Assembly: GCA_035528575.1 (NCBI GenBank)
Contig: DATKYK010000032.1
Span: 7,163-71,162, forward strand
Direction of reading: 5' to 3'
DNA length: 64,000 nt
Source: Dehalococcoidia bacterium
GTDB lineage: Bacteria; Chloroflexota; Dehalococcoidia; E44-bin15
The position numbers and the translations under genes are program-made. Each line of letters opens with the position of its first letter. Positions within the stretch are counted from its first letter, which is position 1. Shown piece by piece: positions 32,182-39,718 of the stretch. The notes beneath the pieces were generated by a model, which did not search any database, was not told the origin of the DNA, and saw only the letters and a program-made list of their open reading frames with translations.

Positions 32182-32411
32182 CCCGCTTGCTCCTCTCAAC
32201 TCTCGTGACGACTCGTTTCAACGCCACCGAGCAAGATTGTAGCAACAAAGGAACGCCAGTGCAACCATCGAAGCCGGCCCCCAGAAGCCTTCCGCCAGCC
32301 GAAATACCTCCGTGCGGTCGCCGCTCGCCCATGCAGGTGCTTTTCAATCCCTCACCTCCTCTCGATAACACCCTCTTTCACACTAAATAGTGTAGAGCCA
32401 GTCAACGGGTT

Positions 32412-32446
32412 ATTGACAAATGAGACTAAATGTGGTCTAATATCTT
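32412..32446 (+). promoter_or_regulatory. sigma-70-like promoter (TTGACA ... TAATAT)
   Basis: Perfect -35 TTGACA at 32412-32417. An A/T-rich -10 candidate (TCTAAT or TAATAT) lies 17-19 nt downstream. It faces a roughly 280-nt unit that ends at the terminator at 32692. Confidence 0.4.
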
Positions 32447-32691
32447 AAGAGGCTTATTAATACCACTGAGTTATGCCTCGGGAGGTGTTTCATGAAGCTT
32501 CACAAAGTATATGGAGTCTGGCAGGTGGACAAGTGACGCCCTGCCGGTGGCAGGGCAAAAGAGGCTCGAAATCAGCTCGATGAAGTGAATTGAAGGTCAT
32601 TAAGTTTAAAAATAGAGGCCTCATGCGGTGGTGAACACCGCGAGTGAGTTGAGATCGAGAAAAAATTGGAAAATTGAATAGAAGGCTTTTT

Positions 32692-32729
32692 GCGGAGGGC
32701 ACTTTAAAAAGTGCCCTCCGCCTTTTTTT
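32692..32729 (+). terminator. rho-independent terminator
   Basis: Perfect 11-bp stem GCGGAGGGCAC / GTGCCCTCCGC with an 8-nt loop, followed by CTTTTTTT. Confidence 0.8.
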
Positions 32730-32817
32730 AGAAGATGTCTGAATTGTTACTTTGTCAGCCTAAAAGAAAAAACAGTTGTAGAAAAGCTGCTATAGTAGAG
32801 GTGCAGGATACTTCCTA

Positions 32818-32908
32818 CCGGGGGTCTCCCCGATGTATCGGGGCAGCTTTAAAAAATCCCCCAATCTTGGGGGATTAGGGGGTTGATTGAGACTATTTCA
32901 GCAGTCTC
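32818..32908 (+). repeat. palindromic MITE/REP-like intergenic repeat, copy A
   Basis: CCGGGGGTCTCCCCGATGTATCGGGGCAGCTTTAAAAAATCCCCCAATCTTGGGGGATTAGGGGGTTGATTGAGACTATTTCAGCAGTCTC. Roughly 95% identical by eye to 58058-58148. Confidence 0.85.
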
Positions 32909-33133
32909 TTATTATTAGCAATCGTGGTTAACAACTGACAACCGCCCCACTGTCGTCTACGATGTCTCCACCGTAAATCCCCGCTAAGTTGCTCCTCGCG
33001 CTACTGACAAGCACGGCGCAAAGAGCCGTTTACACTACTTCAATGCCTGGACTTGACAGCTTGAGTGTGGACGGCTTAGAGTAATGCCGGACTCAATTAG
33101 CGTCATCCCCTCTTTTTAGCGAGGGCACGTACA

Positions 33134-34612
33134 ATGGAACAGCATATAGCTGCTTACTATAAAGTGCTCCAGCAACTTGCTACCGAACCCGTATCCAGCG
33201 ATACGTTAAGGGATAATCTAGCCACTGTCGCCAGGAAGACCGCCGCAGCAATGAAAGCAGCAGGCTGCTCAGTGCTTCTTTTCGATGCCCAAAGACGCAG
33301 CCTGCTGCACGCCGTCTCATATGGTCTAAGCGATTGGTATCTACGCAAAGGATTCCTCGATGCGGATAAAAGCCTGAGCGATACCCTTAAGGGTAATGTG
33401 GTAACCGTGCTGGATGCTGCTACCGACACCCGCATCCAATACAGGGAAATGGCCCAGCGCCAGAGGTTCGCTTCCGTGATCAGCGTACCGCTCAAGCAAG
33501 GTGAAAATGTCATAGGCGCGCTGAGGGTCTACACTCACGAGCAACGCCATTTCTCCACTGACGATACTAAGTTCTTGACTGCAGTGGCCGGTCTCGCTGC
33601 CACCGCTGTAGAAAATGCCCAGCTCCACCAGCTAACTGCAGGTATTCCCGTGACATCGAGCGACGCGCTGCCATCACAAACTGGCTCGCCGGGAATTCCT
33701 CGGGATTTGATCCGACCGGTCTCCTTCTTCCATCCTTCAGAGGAGGAGTTTGCCAGGCTCCTTGACTTCTATAAGATAGGGTGGATGTACGAGCCCCGCT
33801 CATTCCCCCTGAGGTGGAATAATGACAGGGTGGAGGAGATGTTCACCCCGGACTTTTACCTGACCGAGCTGGACCTTTATATAGAGCTCACCACCCTGAA
33901 ACAGGATTTACTCAGGGAAAAGAAGCGCAAGATGCGTCTTATGAAGGAGCTCTACCCCGAGGTCAATATCAAGCTCCTCAACAAGAGGGATTATCACCGC
34001 CTGCTTGCCAAGTACGGATATGGGCCTCTGGGGCGGGCCGAGGTAGATGTGGAAAAGGTATTCCTGAGTGCCAGTCAAATACATAGCAGGGTGCGTCAAC
34101 TAGGAAAGGCGATCTCTCGCGACTATGCTGGAAGGAGTCCTCTCCTGGTAGGCATTCTCAAAGGCGTCGTATGTTTCATGTCGGACCTGATGCGCAGCAT
34201 ATCCCTGCCGCTAAGCGTGGACTTTATAGCCATTTCCTATTACGGTGACTCGCAGACGGAGAACGTGCGAATCATTAGTGGCGTGGATAAAAGTATAGCC
34301 GGTGTTGACGTTATAATGGTAGAGGATATCGTAGACACGGGTATGACGTTGAACTTTGTGCTAAACCAACTCGCCACGCACAAACCTGCCAGTCTCGAAG
34401 TGTGCACCCTTTTGGACAAGAGGGTTCGCCGATTGGTGGATGTTCCCATAAAGTATGTAGGCTTCGAGGTGCCTGATGAGTTCGTGGTGGGGTATGGATT
34501 AGATTACAACGGGGAATTCAGGAATCTACCCTTTATTGGGACGCTGACCCCTCTTCAGCCCACGACAAGCGGTGGTGGAGACCAGACTGGTGGCTCACAT
34601 AGCGGCGAATAA
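33134..34612 (+). CDS. hpt: three-domain fusion: GAF domain, PD-(D/E)xK (TnsA-N-like) domain and hypoxanthine phosphoribosyltransferase
   Basis: 492-aa ORF. The N-terminal GAF-like region ends ..VISVPLKQGENVIGALRVYT. The middle region has SEEEFARLLDF..YEPRSFPL..FTPDFYLTELDLYIELTT. The C-terminal roughly 175 aa is a complete HPRT (VDFIAISYYG, DVIMVEDIVDTGMTL, DEFVVGYGLDYNGEFRNLPFIG). Confidence 0.85.
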   Translation: MEQHIAAYYKVLQQLATEPVSSDTLRDNLATVARKTAAAMKAAGCSVLLFDAQRRSLLHAVSYGLSDWYLRKGFLDADKSLSDTLKGNVVTVLDAATDTRIQYREMAQRQRFASVISVPLKQGENVIGALRVYTHEQRHFSTDDTKFLTAVAGLAATAVENAQLHQLTAGIPVTSSDALPSQTGSPGIPRDLIRPVSFFHPSEEEFARLLDFYKIGWMYEPRSFPLRWNNDRVEEMFTPDFYLTELDLYIELTTLKQDLLREKKRKMRLMKELYPEVNIKLLNKRDYHRLLAKYGYGPLGRAEVDVEKVFLSASQIHSRVRQLGKAISRDYAGRSPLLVGILKGVVCFMSDLMRSISLPLSVDFIAISYYGDSQTENVRIISGVDKSIAGVDVIMVEDIVDTGMTLNFVLNQLATHKPASLEVCTLLDKRVRRLVDVPIKYVGFEVPDEFVVGYGLDYNGEFRNLPFIGTLTPLQPTTSGGGDQTGGSHSGE

Positions 34613-34719
34613 ATAGAAAAAGCCCCGAGTAACCTTGCCCTCCCGGGTTCCTTCCTTCTTCGACACACTTCCCCTCGAGCTTCCATGTGCCCGGGTAGGT
34701 TCCCATTCTTTTGACCTGA

Positions 34720-35007
34720 TTACTCAGGGCATTGTTTATAATACCATAAGAAAAACCATTTGTCAATAGCCCACTCTCGAACTTGAGGAATCTCTTGCAA
34801 TTCCATGAGCCGCTTACCCTGTTTTTGCGTGGAAATAAAACCCCTATCGATCGTACAGGGCGCACATTTCTCCGTCCAGCTTTTAAAAATGTGACTGGCG
34901 CTTCGGCCAAGGTCGGTGGCGACAGTCTGCTGCTGGGAACAACAGGCTGCTTCGAATTGCTCATCGAAAGTTGCTTTCGCCTGAAGGGTGTCAGCAAAAC
35001 CTCCCAT
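34720..35007 (-). CDS. hypothetical small protein (contains CAPC motif)
   Basis: 95-aa ORF in a lower-GC spacer. It looks more protein-like than the overlapping 199-aa ORF but no family is recognised. Confidence 0.25.
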   Translation of the reverse strand: MGGFADTLQAKATFDEQFEAACCSQQQTVATDLGRSASHIFKSWTEKCAPCTIDRGFISTQKQGKRLMELQEIPQVREWAIDKWFFLWYYKQCPE

Positions 35008-35191
35008 TCACAACTCGCAACTACACTCTGAAGCGGCAAGATCCTTACCTCCCCGGGAGGCTTGACACCTGCGGTACAACTATTTAGAGTATTCGTTACT
35101 GAATGAACATCGTTGACAAGGCATGGTAGCACTTACAGCAATTAGCAGGCCCGACAATTATCACCGCAACTGAATATTGAGGAGGCTTTCG

Positions 35192-35665
35192 ATGAAATCA
35201 TGTGAAGGACGTTTGGGACGAGTTTTTATAATACGGCTTGAGGATGGCGACGAGGTGCCCGCTTGTATTGAGGTCTTCGCCGAAGAGAAGGGTATATCGG
35301 TAGGTCAGGTTATCCTAGTGGGCGGTATCGGGGACGGTGAAATCGTCGTGGGCCCCAGACGCTCGAACGAAAGACCGCCGCAGCCAATGCTGCTACCGGT
35401 TGACGGCGCCCATGAGGTGGTTGGAGCAGGTGTGCTCGCCCCCGGGGAAGACGGGAAACCAACCTTACACATACATGCTGCGCTGGGACGCTCGGGCAAT
35501 ACCATGTGCGGGTGCCTGCGGCCCGGCGTTACTACCTGGCTTGTTGGTGAAGCTATCCTGTTTGAAATCCTGGGCGTGGATGCAGCACGTGTAAGGGATG
35601 AGCAGAGCGGTTTCGCTCTACTGGATGTTGAAACCAAAGTGGGCAGTGCGGAGAAGAGAGCTTAG
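35192..35665 (+). CDS. PPC (DUF296) domain protein
   Basis: Start at ATG (MKSCEGRLGRVFIIRLEDGDEV). The pattern ..GQVILVGGIG...HIHAALG is typical of PCC/DUF296 domains. Confidence 0.75.
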   Translation: MKSCEGRLGRVFIIRLEDGDEVPACIEVFAEEKGISVGQVILVGGIGDGEIVVGPRRSNERPPQPMLLPVDGAHEVVGAGVLAPGEDGKPTLHIHAALGRSGNTMCGCLRPGVTTWLVGEAILFEILGVDAARVRDEQSGFALLDVETKVGSAEKRA

Positions 35666-36012
35666 ACCTCCGGGCTTGGGCTGATAACATATGTAACCCT
35701 ATACTTCACTCTGTTGGATGAAATGTGCCACGGGATTATTAAAAAATGAGCATGCCCTGCTAACTGAGAGGAGCTTCGGGCCGAGATAACGAACTGGCAG
35801 TCATACCGATAATGACCGTGACGCCGGCCGCGCAGGAGAATGACCGCCTCGAGCCTGCCCATCTTCTCCATATATCTATATATTATGATATCATGAGCCC
35901 TGATACGGGATAACAAATAACAGTTTGTCCGCTGTTAGTAAAGATTATATTCGACGTTGGCCTAACCGTTTAATAAATTATTCGCTGGCGGGCGTAACCT
36001 TAGGGCTAAACT

Positions 36013-36855
36013 ATGTCTAAAAGCAAGGCTAAAAAGCAAAAGGAAAAGCTCCAAAAAAGGGTCTTCCCCCGATTTTTATGGCTGGCTATACCGCTGGTGA
36101 TAGCTGCCATTGTTGCCTCTGTATATCTCTATCCCACAGGCCAGCCCTCCCCGGAAAATAACGGAGAGCCAAGGGCAGCCATCGTTGACCAGCTCTACAG
36201 CATGCAGCCAAACCAGGCATTTATCAATAAGAGTACAGAAATTCTGGAGGCTTACGGCCTTGAAGTTCACCTCTATCAGGGTGATGAGGTCACCGTTGAC
36301 CTTTACGGCAAGTTGCCATCCTATGGCTACCGAGTTATAATCTTCCGCGCCCATGCCGGATTGCTTTACCACGAAGAAGACTCACAAGCAATAGTAAGGG
36401 AGGCAACCTGTATATTTACCAATGAACCATACAGTGAAACGAAACACATCAGCGAGCAGCTAAACGGGGAACTCGCCAGGGCAAGGGTCGCCGAGGGCTA
36501 CCCCACCGTCTTTGCCATAGGGGCCAGATTCACCAAGCACAGCATGGAGGGGGAGTTTGATAACACGGTTGTCATCATGATGGGCTGCAACTGCCTCCAC
36601 TTAACGGATCTAGCACTGGCCTTTTATGAAAAAGGGGCCTCAAGCTATCTGGGCTGGGACGGCCTGGTTGGGCTGGATTATGTCGATGATGCCACGATAA
36701 CTCTGCTGGAGAAGCTCCTGTCTGAGGAGCTTTCAATACAATCAGCAGTAGATGACACTATGGCTGAGGAGGGACCGGACCCGAACTACGGTTCAGTGCT
36801 CAAATACTACCCCACGCAAAGCGCTAACCAGAGCGTCACTGAGCTGTTAAAATAA
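36013..36855 (+). CDS. membrane-anchored extracytoplasmic protein with possible clan-CD (caspase-like) His/Cys dyad
   Basis: 280-aa ORF with a Lys-rich N-terminus and one TM helix (FLWLAIPLVIAAIVASVYLY). The motifs RVIIFRAHAG then VVIMMGCNC occur in the order expected for a His-Cys dyad after beta strands. Confidence 0.65.
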   Translation: MSKSKAKKQKEKLQKRVFPRFLWLAIPLVIAAIVASVYLYPTGQPSPENNGEPRAAIVDQLYSMQPNQAFINKSTEILEAYGLEVHLYQGDEVTVDLYGKLPSYGYRVIIFRAHAGLLYHEEDSQAIVREATCIFTNEPYSETKHISEQLNGELARARVAEGYPTVFAIGARFTKHSMEGEFDNTVVIMMGCNCLHLTDLALAFYEKGASSYLGWDGLVGLDYVDDATITLLEKLLSEELSIQSAVDDTMAEEGPDPNYGSVLKYYPTQSANQSVTELLK

Positions 36856-37097
36856 AGAGAAAGCGATGTCATCGTCCGACTTCCCGCCCTTTTCCAGTCT
36901 TTTCCCACCCACCCCCACCCTGATAGGTATCTGTCAATGACCCAGGCAAATTGTTTCGTTGCATTAATTTTGAGACTCCAAAACAAGTTCGGAATGACAG
37001 GAAGGAGGCGAACCACACTGTCATTGCTTGGCAATCCCCACATATCATGACAGAACAACACTGTGACCCGATACCCGCCGCGTGGCCTCGATCCGCC

Positions 37098-37235
37098 GGG
37101 TAGGCTGGCCGACGTCGGCCAGCCTACCCATTGTCATGCTGAACTTGTTTCAGCATCCCATGTTTCACGATAGAACACCACTGAGATTGCCACGTCCCCC
37201 GACCCCGATCTATCGGGGGACGCTTCGGCCCTTAT
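37098..37235. repeat. cluster of palindromic repeats
   Basis: Perfect 32-nt palindrome GGGTAGGCTGGCCGACGTCGGCCAGCCTACCC (37098-37129). Hairpin ATGCTGAA-n5-TTCAGCAT (37136-37156). GAGATTGCCACGTCCCCCGACCCCGATCTATCGGGGGAC (37184-37222) is related to the dispersed family. Confidence 0.75.
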
Positions 37236-37375
37236 CGGGGTCCTCGCAATGACGGTTGTTTTGCACGCCGCAGGCAGTTGCATATCATTGCCACGCCCCC
37301 CGTATATACATATAACTCAAATGTAATGAGCGAGCGCAGCCAATTGACTTTGTCACCGCTACATGACAAACTGAA

Positions 37376-38029
37376 ATGGTGGCTGCCAGCCTCTTCCTCA
37401 TTTTCGGTACCGCCTTTGTCGTCGGACTCTCCGGTGCTATTATGCCCGGGCCTGTGCTTGCCGTTACCATCAGCGAGTCGGCGAGGCGGGGGTTTCGTGC
37501 CGGGCCGCTCCTGGTCCTGGGCCATGCCATAGTCGAGCTGCCATTGGTAGTGGCCCTCGCCTGGGGACTGAGCGAGGTTCTGGAGCAAAGCCTGGTAGCG
37601 GGGATAATCGGGGTGGTCGGCGGCCTCGTTCTGCTGGGAATGTCGTACGCCCTGCTGCGCCAGTCCCGCCGGGCGGTATCTCCACTGGAGGTCAGCTCTC
37701 GGCCACATTCGCAGGTGCACTGGCTTATTGCCGCCGGTGCGCTGTTGAGCGTGGCCAATCCCTTCTGGCTGTTATGGTGGGCCACCGTGGGCACCAAGTT
37801 TGTATTGTGGTCCCTGGCAGCAGGGACAATAGGGGTGGCCATCTTCTTCATAGGCCATATCCTTTCCGACCTGGGATGGTATAGCATGGTGTCATTGGTC
37901 ATCGCACGTGGAAAGCGACTGATGAGCCTGAGGGTTTACCGGGGGTTGCTGCTCACCTGCGGCCTGTTCCTTATCGGGTTGGGAGTTTACTTTGTGGTCT
38001 CGGGTGCTATGTTCCTTACGGAGGTCTAG
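37376..38029 (+). CDS. LysE/RhtB-family amino-acid exporter
   Basis: 217-aa polytopic ORF with LysE-type N-terminus (FVVGLSGAIMPGPVLAVTISES). Confidence 0.8.
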   Translation: MVAASLFLIFGTAFVVGLSGAIMPGPVLAVTISESARRGFRAGPLLVLGHAIVELPLVVALAWGLSEVLEQSLVAGIIGVVGGLVLLGMSYALLRQSRRAVSPLEVSSRPHSQVHWLIAAGALLSVANPFWLLWWATVGTKFVLWSLAAGTIGVAIFFIGHILSDLGWYSMVSLVIARGKRLMSLRVYRGLLLTCGLFLIGLGVYFVVSGAMFLTEV

Positions 38030-38176
38030 GCTAGCCCCCATCCCGTCATCGAAGTAGCACAAGTGAACTACCCCCCAGCAAGCTGACGGGTATTCTCGCT
38101 AATTTCTATAAAAATTATTCTCTCCGACTACCCCTTGACAAAAGCACTACCCTGGGTGTACCCTTATCCAATCCCA

Positions 38177-38536
38177 ATGTCAAGACAGGGCCTTTCTATA
38201 AAAGAAGCAGCATCCGCAATGGGGTTATCACCCAAAACGGTTAGGCGGCTCATAAAGGACGGTAAGCTCCCCGCCGAGCTCTACAATGGCAAATACGGAA
38301 GGGAGTACCGCATCCTGGAAATACCACCCCACCTGATAGCCAAAAAGACCCTGGACAATAGCTCTACCCAGGGTATGGACATGATAAGGGAGCTACAGGA
38401 AAGAAACCTGCAGCTTGCCGGCCAACTGGGGGCGGCGCAGGAGCGAATACACAACCTGGAGAACCAGGTCAAGTTGTTAACGATGCCACGCAGGCCCTGG
38501 TGGAGACGAATGTTCAAAGTGAGAATTGGCGAGTAA
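38177..38536 (+). CDS. excisionase/MerR-type helix-turn-helix DNA-binding protein with C-terminal coiled coil
   Basis: Start at the internal ATG (MSRQGLSIKEAASAMGLSPKTVRRLIKDGKLPA), an HTH_17/excisionase-like motif. C-terminus is a heptad-like region (LQERNLQLAGQLGAAQERIHNLENQVKLL). Confidence 0.65.
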   Translation: MSRQGLSIKEAASAMGLSPKTVRRLIKDGKLPAELYNGKYGREYRILEIPPHLIAKKTLDNSSTQGMDMIRELQERNLQLAGQLGAAQERIHNLENQVKLLTMPRRPWWRRMFKVRIGE

Positions 38537-39288
38537 TAACCCTCAGTATCTGGGTATAGATAGACTCCCTGCTTTCTTGAGCCACGGAAACGATATGGCT
38601 GGCATGGCGATGCACCACAGCAACGTCAACATCTTAATATATGCTATCCCAATAATACTTAGTCATGGCGAGAGTCATGTGTCCGAGTAAGTATTGGAAA
38701 GCGGAATAAAATACCTCGCTCCCGCCCTAGGATTACCCCAAACGCTTCAAATTTCGACGGCAGGGGCGCAGTCCACATAGTTCTGAAGTGTTGGCTACCT
38801 GACTGTTATTCCGATAGCTTGATTTGATCTTTATTTTGAAATAGCTACATGTTTCAAAAAGATGGGGTAACGTTGATCTGAAGCTACGTTATTACTTAAC
38901 AAATATCCCGATGTTTGATAGGATTGCAGGCTTTCTACTATTGGTCCGCAATGAAGACAGTAACCCCGATGAACACAGATAACGCCACCGCATTTTAGGC
39001 AATGCCACCGCTCTTTGTCATTTCTAATAAAGGCACTTAAACCGAAGCCAAAACTTGTCCATTTAAACCTCCTCAGTGGTCATAAGATAGTACATATAGG
39101 CAACGACTAAACTTAGGAGCCAGATAGGATGCCAATCAGTCAATAGCCAGTTCCAAAAATCATTATACTTTTGCTCGGGATTGTTTTTCTCAGCTCTCAT
39201 TACACTTCCTCGATATCGATACCGTAAATTTCCTTCATTTGCTGCTTTTTAATTGAATACTCCACAGCCGGGGCATTTCCTTTCCTTT

Positions 39289-39597
39289 CTAAGATAAGCG
39301 AGGCGAATGCCACAATTCATACCACATGGAGCTATAAGTTGAGTTCCTTGCGACATATATCAGACTCCTTTTTAGAACATATTGAGTCTGACTTGTATTA
39401 TACTTGCTTTTCATGCAGTCCACGTTAACCTGATAAAACCACATGAAACGTTTCAGTTTATCCTGATAGTTGTTTATCGTCGCTTGCGATTTTGCCTCAC
39501 AGCAGCAATTAATGATGTAACCCTCGGCTAAAGATGTTATACTATTAACGGGGACTGCGTTTTTTATAAGAATGCGGTCTCCAACTTGACTTTTCAT
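39289..39597 (-). pseudogene. possible truncated tyrosine-recombinase N-terminal (SAM-like) fragment
   Basis: 102 codons starting at MKSQVGD, just upstream of tRNA-Thr. The segment AEGYIINCCCEAKSQATINNYQDKLKRFMWF resembles the core-binding domain pattern (..S..T...Y...L..F..F). No catalytic domain follows. Region is AT-rich. Confidence 0.3.
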
Positions 39598-39629
39598 TTC
39601 GGTTACCTTAAAATAGCTACGATTCGGCC

Positions 39630-39701
39630 GCCCACATAGCTCAGTGGTAGAGCACCTTCTTGGTAAGAAGGGGGTCGTCAGTTCAACTCTGACTGTGGGC
39701 T
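39630..39701 (+). tRNA. tRNA-Thr (anticodon GGU)
   Basis: 72-nt cloverleaf: acceptor GCCCACA/TGTGGGC, D arm GCTC-AGTGGTA-GAGC, anticodon stem CCTTC/GAAGG with loop TTGGTAA, T arm GTCAG-TTCAACT-CTGAC. In the classical position ahead of tuf. Confidence 0.9.
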
Positions 39702-39718
39702 TATGTTGAGGAGGAAAA

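Noticed and set aside
32446-32729. Possibility that the promoter-to-terminator unit is tmRNA, 6S, SRP or RNase P RNA.
   Set aside because: I could not find a tRNA-like GGGG...CCACCA end or tag ORF (tmRNA), GAGGAAAGUCC (RNase P) or an SRP domain IV motif. It is kept only as an unclassified sRNA or mini-ORF candidate.
34533-35132. 199-aa minus-strand ORF overlapping the end of the HPRT fusion gene.
   Set aside because: The sequence looks non-protein-like and overlaps hpt by 80 nt. A different-frame 95-aa ORF in the same spacer looks marginally better and is reported only at low confidence.
35662-35916. 84-aa minus-strand ORF after the PPC-domain gene.
   Set aside because: There is no SD, the composition is odd and no motif is visible. 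It is probably non-coding spacer.
37232-37902. 162-aa and 205-aa minus-strand ORFs.
   Set aside because: They are antisense to the LysE-family exporter, whose hydrophobic periodicity and N-terminal motif are convincing.
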